IMG/VR virus record: IMGVR_UViG_3300008117_007749
Direction: 5' to 3' (one strand)
Origin: a virus
DNA: 64,000 nucleotides
Part shown: one piece after another, positions 1-10,046 of the stretch
Layout: each line of letters begins with the position of its first letter
Numbering within the stretch: the first letter of the stretch is position 1
Notes under the pieces: model-generated
Database searches by the model: none
What the model saw: the letters and a program-made list of their open reading frames with translations, nothing else
What the model was told of the DNA's origin: nothing
Made by a program: the position numbers and the translations under genes

Positions 1-12
1 TTCTCTCTTTTT

Positions 13-480
13 TTATACCCCAAATTTTATACACTGGTCAGTTATATACTTAGAGTGTTCTAATTGCAAGTGAGTTGCTAAACCAATAGTTATGTGATAT
101 CCAAAATAAGGATCTCCTAAACCTATTACATTTCTAATGTTTTGAGCATCATCGGACTCAGCCTTTAACCACCAGTGACCTTTTTTATTAGACCTAACTA
201 TAGTAGGATCATATTTAACTATAACTTCTTTACCATCAAAAAGGTCTCTTGCTTGTAAATAAATTTCATCATCTACAATATCATTAATAAATGTTAAGTG
301 AGTTCCTCTTAAAGGTTTATTCAAAAATAAATTAAATCTTTTTTTCAAGAACCAAGAGTAGTATTCATATAAGTCACAGTCAAATTTAACAATAGCAACT
401 TTTTTCCACGCAGATTGAGCATTGTGCTTTTTAGTCACATTGATTGGATCAAACACTATTTTACCCTTTATCTCAAACAT
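13..480 (-). CDS. 2H phosphoesterase family protein (T4 gp57B/Acb1-like fold)
   Basis: Two HxT motifs (GTHLTFI, GYHITIG) about 70 aa apart. Start placed at ATG 480, just downstream of a TATCTTTG element. Confidence 0.7.
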   Translation of the reverse strand: MFEIKGKIVFDPINVTKKHNAQSAWKKVAIVKFDCDLYEYYSWFLKKRFNLFLNKPLRGTHLTFINDIVDDEIYLQARDLFDGKEVIVKYDPTIVRSNKKGHWWLKAESDDAQNIRNVIGLGDPYFGYHITIGLATHLQLEHSKYITDQCIKFGV

Positions 481-485
481 AAAAC

Positions 486-517
486 AAAGATACAATATTT
501 TTTTAATATATACAACA
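486..517. promoter_or_regulatory. Divergent promoter region: Bacteroidota-type -7 box (TATCTTTG, minus strand 486-493, TTG 20 nt upstream) and TTAATATATAC (plus strand 503-513)
   Basis: Motifs read directly between two divergent genes. Confidence 0.5.
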
Positions 518-949
518 ATGATACTAACTACACTTATTGTAATGAATATTCTTTGGGTTATTTATTCTATTACAGAAGGAATAAGGGAAGGTTTTTATTG
601 GCACTATGAAAATCAATCAAAGAAAGTTTGTGATTTTGATGTAAATCCGATTTTTCATATACAAAGAATTTTAGTACTCTTAATTTCAAGTAAATTTATG
701 GTTCATACTATAGGTTGGTACTCGCTTCTTTCGGTATTATGTATGGTTTTGATGTTTAGTTTCTTTCACAACGGAGCTCACTATTATACAAGAAATAAAC
801 TACAAAAAGACCTTTATACAAAAGGATGGAAAGATGAGTCAAAAACACCACCAAGATTTACAGGACTAATTACTTACTCAAAAAGAACAATATTAATGTC
901 GGTTGGTTTTTTAGCTCAAGTATTTATCTATCTATTTTTATTAAATTAA
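518..949 (+). CDS. Membrane protein, hypothetical
   Basis: Several hydrophobic segments; ATG 518 follows TTAATATATAC. Confidence 0.6.
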   Translation: MILTTLIVMNILWVIYSITEGIREGFYWHYENQSKKVCDFDVNPIFHIQRILVLLISSKFMVHTIGWYSLLSVLCMVLMFSFFHNGAHYYTRNKLQKDLYTKGWKDESKTPPRFTGLITYSKRTILMSVGFLAQVFIYLFLLN

Positions 950-956
950 TTACAAT

Positions 957-1112
957 ATGAAAAAAGTTACAAACAATAAAACAAGTAAATTAGAAAAATT
1001 TATAACCATTTTTTGTAAAGAAAGAGGTTGGAATGCAAAAGAATTAACGACTGGACAAATGTTGTTTATTACAAACCAACCCGAATATCAGAATATCATA
1101 AAAAATGGTTAG
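957..1112 (+). CDS. Small hypothetical protein, 51 aa (MKKVTNNKTSKLEKFITIFCKERGWNAKELTTGQMLFITNQPEYQNIIKNG)
   Basis: Not in the ORF track. Fills the gap exactly; its stop overlaps the convergent gene's stop (TTAG). Confidence 0.6.
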   Translation: MKKVTNNKTSKLEKFITIFCKERGWNAKELTTGQMLFITNQPEYQNIIKNG

Positions 1113-2173
1113 ATGAAACTTTTTAAATGATTTGCTGGAATTTGTTTGAGGTCTTCAATTAAATCCATTAATTCATTTCTATTAGCAATGTATTCATAAG
1201 AACCTGAGAAGGTAGCCCCGTGTAAATTTTGACCATCCCATGTCAAATCAATATAATCCGAATGCATCCCTGATGTTTTTAAATATGTAGAAATAGTTTC
1301 CTTTTCAACTTCAATTTGCTCATCAGATATCATCATTTTAGATGTTTTTCCTTCATAATTGACCCAAGTAAAATTATAACTTTGAAAAATAAGATTATCG
1401 TCGGTTTCATCAAAATCCCAATCATCCTCATATGAGTATAAAGAAGCCTCTCTTACAATTGGTAAATCTTCCCAGTCAATTTTAACAACAGCTTTACATA
1501 ACTTTTCTAAATGTTGTATATCTTGTCTTTCACTGTGTGTGTGTTCAGAATAATAACCAACTGATATATTAGTACATTCAGGAATAAGTCCAGTAAATTG
1601 AGCAGAGTCTGTATAAATACCTGTTGGATCGGGCATATATTTGAAAGTTTGTTCAACTGAATTCAGTTTTTTTGAAAGTTCTTTTGCAAAAGTATCAGAA
1701 CAACATACTCCATAAAATTGCTCTGTTATAACTGAGTCAGTACCTCTTCTATCAAATGAAACACATTTAGTGATGTATTTTGAAAACTCTGTTTCTTTCC
1801 ATTTCTTTGATAACCTCGATGAACCAACACATCCTCTTTCTTCACCAATAAAGAAGTAGTATAAACCAGGCACATTATTCTCTATCATATAGAGTATTAT
1901 AGTCATACCTGCTTTATCATCAGCTCCTAATATTGAATCACCGTCTGTTTTAATAATATTTCCGTCAAAAATGTGTTTTACTTTCTTTTGAGACCTATCA
2001 GCAGTATCAAGGTGACAAGTAAACATAGTAGTAGGATTACTACCTATTTCAATATAGAAATTACCACATCCATCCTCTTTATAATCTTTTGGTAAATGTG
2101 ATTTTAATTCATTTTCAGTCCCGTGTGGATAAGTTTTTCCAGTTAGTTGTAAAAACTTCTTTTTTATTTTCAT
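1109..2173 (-). CDS. M28/M20-clan zinc peptidase
   Basis: TCHLDTAD, ILGADDKAG, IGEERG, SFDRRG and ISVGYYSEH metal-ligand motifs. Confidence 0.8.
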   Translation of the reverse strand: MKIKKKFLQLTGKTYPHGTENELKSHLPKDYKEDGCGNFYIEIGSNPTTMFTCHLDTADRSQKKVKHIFDGNIIKTDGDSILGADDKAGMTIILYMIENNVPGLYYFFIGEERGCVGSSRLSKKWKETEFSKYITKCVSFDRRGTDSVITEQFYGVCCSDTFAKELSKKLNSVEQTFKYMPDPTGIYTDSAQFTGLIPECTNISVGYYSEHTHSERQDIQHLEKLCKAVVKIDWEDLPIVREASLYSYEDDWDFDETDDNLIFQSYNFTWVNYEGKTSKMMISDEQIEVEKETISTYLKTSGMHSDYIDLTWDGQNLHGATFSGSYEYIANRNELMDLIEDLKQIPANHLKSFI

Positions 2174-2207
2174 TTTTTTATATATTTATGTAAATTTAAC
2201 AATTATT

Positions 2208-2741
2208 TCAGTCATTTCCAAACAAATGCTCTAATTTCTTATCTCTTATGTAAGCTAATTTCAGTGATTCTAGTGTTGAAGTAACATTATCTATTTTATC
2301 AGTTATCCAAGTATCTACTTTGTGTAAATCTTTATACTCTTTTCTAATACAAAAATCATTAACATCATCACTGGTTTTGTAATGAAATTCTTTTGCTACA
2401 ATTATCGAGTCAATTTCGAATTTTTGTATTTCAGAAATATATTGCCACATATTATTTTTTGTAATTGACCAAAAATCAAACACCAATAAATCAACTCTAA
2501 ATAAATTTGACTTATCATTTATTTTTTCTGAAAAGTCTTCAAATTTTGAAAATTCAATTTTATTGTTTAAATAGTGATAAAGACAAAGGTCATGATATTT
2601 AGAAGATGAACTAGGTTTATTAGGTGTAAAAAGTAAATAATTTCTTCCGGCTAAATCAAAAAAATTAACTATCTGACTAACACCAGAACCAACTTCACTT
2701 ATATCACCAGTGAAATAATTAAACTTTTTTAGGTCGACCAT
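2208..2741 (-). CDS. Hypothetical protein with C-terminal IRDKKLEHLF motif
   Basis: ORF; start at MVDLKK, overlapping the upstream gene end. Confidence 0.6.
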   Translation of the reverse strand: MVDLKKFNYFTGDISEVGSGVSQIVNFFDLAGRNYLLFTPNKPSSSSKYHDLCLYHYLNNKIEFSKFEDFSEKINDKSNLFRVDLLVFDFWSITKNNMWQYISEIQKFEIDSIIVAKEFHYKTSDDVNDFCIRKEYKDLHKVDTWITDKIDNVTSTLESLKLAYIRDKKLEHLFGND

Positions 2742-3117
2742 GATGATTCTTCTTTTTAACATCGACCACAAAATCATTGACGTGAAGAAATCTTCTTCCT
2801 ATCAGAAGTGGGTATTTCATTTCTTTTCTATTAGATAAAGAAACAAATATACTATATTTTTTTTGACCAATTATAATTTTAGTTTTAATTGCGTATCTTT
2901 TTTGTTTTTCACCATTGGAGCTCTTAACTTCTATCTCGGACCAATTACAAAAATGATAAGTATTATTTCCAATTTTTACTTCTAACTGATTTTCTAATTC
3001 TTTAATTGAATCTACATGTAAAGAAGCATTAAAAGCACCAGTATCTATCTTAGCTGTTAAAAAACCTTCTAATAATTTTGGAAAAAAAACTTTCTCTAAT
3101 CTACCAATTTTTTTCAT
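2719..3117 (-). CDS. Retropepsin-like aspartic protease (RimK-associated 'putative ATP-dependent Zn protease' family)
   Basis: AKIDTGA..SLH, VKSSNG..QKRY, LSNRKEMKYPLLIGRRFL. Confidence 0.8.
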   Translation of the reverse strand: MKKIGRLEKVFFPKLLEGFLTAKIDTGAFNASLHVDSIKELENQLEVKIGNNTYHFCNWSEIEVKSSNGEKQKRYAIKTKIIIGQKKYSIFVSLSNRKEMKYPLLIGRRFLHVNDFVVDVKKKNHHGRPKKV

Positions 3118-3146
3118 TTAGCCCTGATTTTGTTTATATATACTAT

Positions 3147-6100
3147 ATGATATTGATTTTAAAAATATCCAATTCGGATTTTTCAATTTATACTAACGAA
3201 TTCAATGAATGTTTAAAATATAACTTATCTATATTTGAAAGAATTTTTATTTTTTCTGATTTTCATTTAAGAGATTTTTCAGGTCATCCTAAAATTAGAG
3301 TATTCAAGTCACGTACTATTCAACCAACATTTAATTGTATAAATATTGCAAAAAGTAATGCAATTTCTAATGATATTTTTATTTTCTCAAATCCATTTGT
3401 AAAGTGGAAAGATTTGTCTTCACTTAATAATATTTCTAAAATTGAATGTTATCATAAACCCGATTGTTTTTATGTTTTTCATAGAAATTTACCACTACAC
3501 CAATCAAATGACTTAGATTCGATATTTGTAAATTTAAAAAGCTTTTCAGTTGATATAGAAAGGATTAAATCATGGCCAAATACTGAATCGCATACAAATA
3601 AAGAACAAATCCAAGTAATTAGAAGAAAGTCAGTTCCTTCTAATAAATCAATTTTATTAAATTCAAGTAGGGAAAAGAAACTTGATGTTTTAATAGTTTC
3701 TGTAAACTATAATGATTTTTTACTCACATCTTTACCATATAACAAAAAGATATTTGATAACATAACAGTAGTCACATCTACAGATGATTTAATGTGTCAA
3801 AAAATATGTGAAAAGTTTAGAGTTAATTGTTTAATAACAGATGTTATGTATGATAGCGACTCTAAATTCAATAAAGGAAAAGCTATAAACTATGGATTAA
3901 GTCAAATTGAAAATAAAGATCTAATATTAATATTAGATGCTGACATTATAGTAACCGAAAAAATAGAATTGAATCAATTAGATGATGAATCTCTTTACAC
4001 ATCTGGTAGATGGATATGTGAAACATATCACAGATTTCAGAATTGGGAAAAATCAAAAGACACTAATGATTTAAACAAATGGGAAAATGACAGAGGCTTT
4101 GGATTCTTTCAACTTTTTAACTCAAATAACCAAATATTGAATGGTAATTTTTATCCAGAAAATTTCAAAGACGCATCAATGTCAGATTTAGTTTTTAGAG
4201 ATAAATTCACAAGTAGAAGAAGTATAGAAAATAAAATAATACATTTAGGAGAAGCTTATACAAATTGGTCAGGTAGAAAAACTGCTAGATTTTTAACCGA
4301 TGATGATTTCTCAGTAATATTTAATAAAAAATCAACATTCACTATTTGTTCTTATTATTTTAATTATAGGGGAGACCTTAGACAAAAGAATAATTTTATA
4401 AAGTTTTTAGAACAATGGAAAGATTACTATGAAAATATGATTGTTGGAATTGTGGATTATGGAGATATAGACTTTGAAATTCCTTGTAAGACAATGACAA
4501 TCAAAGGTGATGAAGAAAATAAAATTTGGTCTAAAGAAATACTAATTAATAAAATAATCGAAACAGTTGATACTGATTATTTTATTTGGATAGACGGCGA
4601 CTTAATTTATGAAAATTTAGATTGGTTAAATAACATAGACGAAGTTGCAAAAGATAACGACTTTGTTCAATTATTTGAAACAATCAATTATTTAGATGAA
4701 ACTGGTAATATTTTGGAGTCTCATAAATCAATTATTTCAACTGGCTCAACTAACATAGACCAACTTTTAGGAAAGGGATATAAACCAGGTGGTTCTTGGC
4801 TTGGTAAAACATCTATACTCAAAGAAAATAAACTTTTTGAGAAAATGTACGTTGGTGGTGGAGATACTATTTTTGTATATGGGCTCTTCCATATAGATAA
4901 TGGATTTACTTTACAAAAAGTAAAAGAATATAACAATAATATTGGAAAAGAAGCACAGAGGTGGATAAATTCTCATAAAAAAACAAAAGTATCTTTTTTA
5001 GATGTTTGTTTGGACCATTTATATCATGGAAATCTTCAGAATAGAAATTACGACAATAGGTATAAAAAACTAAAAGAGTTTGAATCAGAAATAGATGTTA
5101 CTATACTAATTTTAGCACATAAACCTAGTGAATATTTGAAAAAATGCATATTGTCTGCAAAGAATCAAAAATTTAATGGCAATTTAGAAATATTATTGAC
5201 CTCAGACTCTTGTTCTGAATTGTCTTATGTAGAGTCGGAATATAATATAAGATTCACATTGGCACAAAAACCAGTCAAAAACTCATCTTGCTCATTTAAT
5301 TTTAATCACGGAGTAAAAGAATCAAAGGGCAAGTATATTAAAATTTTAGCTTATGATGACTTTCTATTAGAAGATACAATTCAAAATTTATATGATGAAA
5401 TAAAATCAGATAAATTTAGCCTAATTCATGCTAATTGTTACGAGGTTCATGAGAATCAAGTAAAAACTTACATACCAGAAGTTAAATCAATAAAAATTGA
5501 TGATTTATTAGTTAAAAACCATATTCATGGAGGTACAATAATCTTCAACAAAGAAGACTTTTTAGACACCAACGGATTAAACGATAATTTAATTTATGCA
5601 GAAGAATATGATTTTTATTTTAAACTACTTAGCAGAGGTAAAAAAATTGGTTATTTAGATAAATTTGTATATAATTACAGAAGACATTCCGGACAAAAGG
5701 GAACATTATCACTCACAAATGACGAAAAGTTAGCCAAATCTAAAATAGTCGAGAAGATAAGAAATAATTACAGACCTAAAAAAATAGTGTGTGGAATTGC
5801 AACAATATATGATAGAAAAGACTCATTAAAAAAAACAATCAATTCAATAATTGATCAAGTAGACGAGTTATTTGTCTATCAGAATGGATACTATAAAGTT
5901 TTTGATTTTCTAATTGACACTAAAATAAAAATTTTTAGCTCTATACACACCGGAATAGACATGGGTGACGCTGGAAAATTCTATAACATAGAAAATATCA
6001 AAGACTCATATTATTTCTCAATTGATGATGATTTGATATATCCTTCAAATTATGTCGAAAATACTATAGAAGAATTAAAAAAATTAAACAATGAATCAGT

Positions 6101-7172
6101 TGTCAGCTACCACGGTAAAAATTATAGTAAAAAAGCAACTTCATATTACAAACAAATATCTGAAAATTACAGATGTTTAAAGAATGTAGATGAAAACAAA
6201 GATATAGAATTTCCGGGAACAGGAGTGATGAGTTTTTGGACCGAATATTTAAAACTAAAATTCAAAGATTTTGAATATGCAAACATGGCGGATGTTTTTT
6301 TAGGAATTATAATTAAAAATCAAAATAAAAAATGCAAAGTACTTAATCACAAAGAGGGATGGATTAAACATGATGATATAAATATAGATAACAGCCTTTT
6401 TGTAGTAAATAAAAATAATAAAAAAATAGATGAAGTTTTTAATAGAAGAAACTTACCAAAAATTTGCATTGTGACTACTATGTGGCAAAGACACAGACTT
6501 ACTGACTTTGTATTTTCATATTATAATAAATTAAAATCAGAACTAAAAAATGAAATCAACCTAACCCTTATAGCATGTGGTTCTGAAGGAGAAGTCTCAA
6601 AAAAAATAGCTGAAAATAATGGATTTTATTATGTTGAATTTTCAAATTTTCCACTTTCAAAAAAACATAATGAAATTTTTATCAAATCAAAAGAATTTAA
6701 TCCCGATGGTGTTATATTGATTGGATCTGATGATTTTTTATCTAAAGAAACTTTATTGACTTATAAAAATCTATTAAACGATTACGAATACATCGGTTTT
6801 AAAGATTTTTATCTTCTTAACGAAAAGTCCGAATTAAGATACTGGAAAGGATATGAAAATGAAAGAGTTGGAGAACCAATTGGCGGTGGAAGATTCTATA
6901 GAAAGGATTTTTTAGAAAAAATAAATTGGCAACCCTGGGGTAAAGTAGAAATTAATAAATCTTTAGACCATGCATTTTCAAAACAGATACAAAATATAAC
7001 ATTAAATTCAAAGGTAATTGAGTGCTCGGATAAGAATGGAATAGTATTTACCATAAGGAGCACAACTAACATAACAAAAATGAATAATATTGGTCATTTA
7101 GTGGATAGTAAAATTGTGAATGATAAAATTTGTAATTTTTACGAATTACTAAAATTACAAAAAGAAATATAA
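3147..7172 (+). CDS. Multi-domain glycosyltransferase (about five tandem GT-A/GT2-like domains)
   Basis: DxD-type motifs ILDADI, WIDGDL, LAYDD, SIDDDL and IGSDD with FNKGKAIN, GGGD and HGG context. Start at 3147 after TTTATATATAC. Confidence 0.8.
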   Translation: MILILKISNSDFSIYTNEFNECLKYNLSIFERIFIFSDFHLRDFSGHPKIRVFKSRTIQPTFNCINIAKSNAISNDIFIFSNPFVKWKDLSSLNNISKIECYHKPDCFYVFHRNLPLHQSNDLDSIFVNLKSFSVDIERIKSWPNTESHTNKEQIQVIRRKSVPSNKSILLNSSREKKLDVLIVSVNYNDFLLTSLPYNKKIFDNITVVTSTDDLMCQKICEKFRVNCLITDVMYDSDSKFNKGKAINYGLSQIENKDLILILDADIIVTEKIELNQLDDESLYTSGRWICETYHRFQNWEKSKDTNDLNKWENDRGFGFFQLFNSNNQILNGNFYPENFKDASMSDLVFRDKFTSRRSIENKIIHLGEAYTNWSGRKTARFLTDDDFSVIFNKKSTFTICSYYFNYRGDLRQKNNFIKFLEQWKDYYENMIVGIVDYGDIDFEIPCKTMTIKGDEENKIWSKEILINKIIETVDTDYFIWIDGDLIYENLDWLNNIDEVAKDNDFVQLFETINYLDETGNILESHKSIISTGSTNIDQLLGKGYKPGGSWLGKTSILKENKLFEKMYVGGGDTIFVYGLFHIDNGFTLQKVKEYNNNIGKEAQRWINSHKKTKVSFLDVCLDHLYHGNLQNRNYDNRYKKLKEFESEIDVTILILAHKPSEYLKKCILSAKNQKFNGNLEILLTSDSCSELSYVESEYNIRFTLAQKPVKNSSCSFNFNHGVKESKGKYIKILAYDDFLLEDTIQNLYDEIKSDKFSLIHANCYEVHENQVKTYIPEVKSIKIDDLLVKNHIHGGTIIFNKEDFLDTNGLNDNLIYAEEYDFYFKLLSRGKKIGYLDKFVYNYRRHSGQKGTLSLTNDEKLAKSKIVEKIRNNYRPKKIVCGIATIYDRKDSLKKTINSIIDQVDELFVYQNGYYKVFDFLIDTKIKIFSSIHTGIDMGDAGKFYNIENIKDSYYFSIDDDLIYPSNYVENTIEELKKLNNESVVSYHGKNYSKKATSYYKQISENYRCLKNVDENKDIEFPGTGVMSFWTEYLKLKFKDFEYANMADVFLGIIIKNQNKKCKVLNHKEGWIKHDDINIDNSLFVVNKNNKKIDEVFNRRNLPKICIVTTMWQRHRLTDFVFSYYNKLKSELKNEINLTLIACGSEGEVSKKIAENNGFYYVEFSNFPLSKKHNEIFIKSKEFNPDGVILIGSDDFLSKETLLTYKNLLNDYEYIGFKDFYLLNEKSELRYWKGYENERVGEPIGGGRFYRKDFLEKINWQPWGKVEINKSLDHAFSKQIQNITLNSKVIECSDKNGIVFTIRSTTNITKMNNIGHLVDSKIVNDKICNFYELLKLQKEI

Positions 7173-7187
7173 AAAAGAAATAATAAT

Positions 7188-7724
7188 ATGTATAATTCAA
7201 AAGAATACTGGAACAAAAGACAAGATCCTAACAAAAGTAATTACACAAACTATATAGAAGATTCAGAAATACCAAAACTTATAGAGGACTGCAATTCTAT
7301 ATTAGATATAGGATGTGGTATAGGAAGAACATTCAAATTTTATGCAGATAAGAAAGTAACTGGTGTTGATTTTAGCGAGCTTTATCGACAAAGAGCAATT
7401 GAAGAAGCATCAAAACATGAAATAGATTTTGAACATCTAATATATGATATACATAAAAATGATTTACCTTTTGAGGATAATCACTTTGACATTGGTATAA
7501 CAGTTAAAGTTTTGTTACATGCTCCTCAAAAAGAAATGATTAGAATATTAACCGAGATGCACAGAGTTTGTAAAAAAGTTTTACTCATATCCTATCATGA
7601 TGAGAACAAAAATCTTGCTGAACATTGTTTTGCTCATGATTATATTTCAGAATTAAACAAATTGGGATATTCGATTGAATATAGCAAAATAATAAAAAAT
7701 CAAATTATAATAGTCTATGGATAA
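7188..7724 (+). CDS. Class I SAM-dependent methyltransferase
   Basis: ILDIGCGIGR, GVDFS, LPFEDNHFD, VLLH. Confidence 0.85.
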   Translation: MYNSKEYWNKRQDPNKSNYTNYIEDSEIPKLIEDCNSILDIGCGIGRTFKFYADKKVTGVDFSELYRQRAIEEASKHEIDFEHLIYDIHKNDLPFEDNHFDIGITVKVLLHAPQKEMIRILTEMHRVCKKVLLISYHDENKNLAEHCFAHDYISELNKLGYSIEYSKIIKNQIIIVYG

Positions 7725-8619
7725 AATACAATTATTAAAAATTGTTGAATTCATAGAAAGTAAATTCAATAATGTTAAAAAGATAAATACAGAAAGAATA
7801 TTATCAATAAGTAAAGTAATAAATAAATTAGAAAACTCTGACGAAGAGAGTCTGATGTGGCTTAATGAAAAAAATAAAAATAGAATTTTTGAAATATCAA
7901 CCGGAACGGTAATATGTTCTTTAGATTCTGAAATTCCAACAAATCCAAATCTATCAATTATTTTAGTTGAAAATCCAAGATTAGTATTTTCGGAAATATT
8001 AAAGAATTTTTTTGTGGAAAAACAGAATCATAAAATTCATTCAATTAATAACACTGATAATAAAATAGGAAAGAATGTTAATATTGGTAGAAACACAGTG
8101 TTAGAAGACGGTGTAATAATTGGTAACAATACTTATATAGGTAACAATAATGTCATATTAAAAAGCACAATAATTGGTAATAATGTAATAATAGGTAATA
8201 ATAATACAATAGGTGGTGTTGGGTTTGGTTATGAAAAAAACGAACTTGGTGAGTATGAATTAATTCCACATATAGGAAATGTTGTCATTGAAGACAATGT
8301 AGAAATAGGAAATAACAATTGCATCGACAGAGCAGTTTTAGGATCTACTATGTTAAGAAAAAACTGTAAAATTGATAATCTAGTTCATATAGCACACGGT
8401 GTTGATATAGGCGAGAACTCTCTAATAATAGCAAACTCAATGATAGCGGGAAGTGTTACAATTGGCGAAAATACCTGGATCGCTCCATCAACTTCGATAA
8501 TAAATAAATCATCAGTTGGTAGTAATAGCATGACCGGTATAGGCACAGTTGTTATAAAAAATATACCTAATAATGAATTACACATTGGTATTCCTTCAAA
8601 AAAATTAAAAGATATATGA
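7717..8619 (+). CDS. LpxD-like hexapeptide-repeat acyltransferase
   Basis: ENPRLVFS, GFGY, PHIGNVVIEDNVEIG, IDRAVLGST, KIDNLVHIAH; left-handed beta-helix repeats. Confidence 0.85.
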   Translation: MDKIQLLKIVEFIESKFNNVKKINTERILSISKVINKLENSDEESLMWLNEKNKNRIFEISTGTVICSLDSEIPTNPNLSIILVENPRLVFSEILKNFFVEKQNHKIHSINNTDNKIGKNVNIGRNTVLEDGVIIGNNTYIGNNNVILKSTIIGNNVIIGNNNTIGGVGFGYEKNELGEYELIPHIGNVVIEDNVEIGNNNCIDRAVLGSTMLRKNCKIDNLVHIAHGVDIGENSLIIANSMIAGSVTIGENTWIAPSTSIINKSSVGSNSMTGIGTVVIKNIPNNELHIGIPSKKLKDI

Positions 8620-9239
8620 ATGTTTTAATACTATCCCCACACACAGATGATGCGGAATTAGGATGTGGAGGAACAATATCAAAGTTGTTAGAACAAGGTA
8701 ATAATATTTTTGTTGCGATATTTTCACATTGTGATGACTCACTACCAAAAAATTTTATAAAAGGAACACTAAAGGAAGAATGTAAAAACTCACTAATAAG
8801 TTTGGGAGTTTTGGAAAATAATATTTTATTTTTTGACTATAAAGTCAGGTACTTCAACTACGAAAGACAAAGTATTTTAGAAGATTTAGTAGTAATCAAA
8901 AAAAATATATCACCAGAATTAGTTTTTACACCATCAATTGATGACCATCATCAAGATCACAAAACCATATCAGAGGAGTCTATAAGATGTTTTAAAAATA
9001 ATTGCTCAATACTTAGTTATGAACTAATATGGAACAACACCGGATTCAAAAATCAAATGTATTTCTCGTTATCCGAAAAAAACATAAATGATAAAATAAA
9101 TAGCTTAAGTTTCTATAAATCACAATCAAAAAGAAAATACATGAGCTCAGAATTTATAAAATCTCTTGCATTAGTAAGAGGAATTCAAAATGGAGTAAAT
9201 TTAGCCGAAGCATTTGAAGTAATAAGATATAAGTTTTAA
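8616..9239 (+). CDS. PIG-L/LmbE family N-deacetylase
   Basis: SPHTDDAELGCGG, DHHQDH, YKSQ, AEAF. Confidence 0.85.
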   Translation: MNVLILSPHTDDAELGCGGTISKLLEQGNNIFVAIFSHCDDSLPKNFIKGTLKEECKNSLISLGVLENNILFFDYKVRYFNYERQSILEDLVVIKKNISPELVFTPSIDDHHQDHKTISEESIRCFKNNCSILSYELIWNNTGFKNQMYFSLSEKNINDKINSLSFYKSQSKRKYMSSEFIKSLALVRGIQNGVNLAEAFEVIRYKF

Positions 9240-9284
9240 ACAAAAATATATCATTATGATATAAATAAAAAATAATTATTTTAA

Positions 9285-10046
9285 ATGAACCAAACTCATT
9301 CTTTCACATACGTTATTGGATATAGACACCAAATAGATAGATTAAACAACCTCAGAAGAGTTTTAGATTGGATAAACGGATTTATGGGTGTAGAAGTTTT
9401 ATTAATTGAACAAGATACACATTCTAAGATATCACATATGGGTCTTAGATGTAAGCACGTTTTCTTAAAATCAAATAAACCGTATAACAAATCGTGGGCA
9501 TTTAATTACGCCACCAAGATAGCAAAATCAAATATAATTGTTTTTGCTGATTCAGACCTACTGATGGATCCTAATCATTTTATTGAATCTCTTAAACATT
9601 TAGAACAATTTGAAATGGTGAATCCTTATAATTCAGTAATTGATCTAGAACCCCAAGAGTCAGCAATGCAGTTTGAAGATGTAATAAAGATTAATAGACC
9701 AGGTAGAGGAGAAACCGACCACCAAAAAGTTCCAATTTGTGGAGGAATTTGTATGTTCAGAAAAGACGCAATAAATAAAATCGGCGGATGGAATGAAAAT
9801 TTTATCGGATGGGGAGGAGAAGATGACTTTGTATCTATCAAAGTTCAACATTTTTTAAATTGGAAACAAATGGAAGCAAAATGTTATCATCTCTTTCATT
9901 CAAGACCTCAACCAGATATGAATCTATATCAAAAAAATTTACAACTTCACAACACGTATCTGAATATGACTAAAGAAGAATTCTCAAAACAACTTTATAA
10001 AGATATTGCTCGTAATGGTTTAAAAAACAAATATGACACATTTTAA
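9285..10046 (+). CDS. Glycosyltransferase (GT2/GT7 galactosyltransferase C-terminal-like)
   Basis: YNKSWAFN, FADSD, GGWNENFIGWGGEDD, HLFH. Confidence 0.8.
   Translation: MNQTHSFTYVIGYRHQIDRLNNLRRVLDWINGFMGVEVLLIEQDTHSKISHMGLRCKHVFLKSNKPYNKSWAFNYATKIAKSNIIVFADSDLLMDPNHFIESLKHLEQFEMVNPYNSVIDLEPQESAMQFEDVIKINRPGRGETDHQKVPICGGICMFRKDAINKIGGWNENFIGWGGEDDFVSIKVQHFLNWKQMEAKCYHLFHSRPQPDMNLYQKNLQLHNTYLNMTKEEFSKQLYKDIARNGLKNKYDTF

Noticed and set aside
3078-3146. Longer N-termini given by the ORF track (also at 422, 2777, 30199, 39744, 50302, 61527)
   Set aside because: The extensions run through promoter or terminator motifs or neighbouring genes; downstream ATGs fit better
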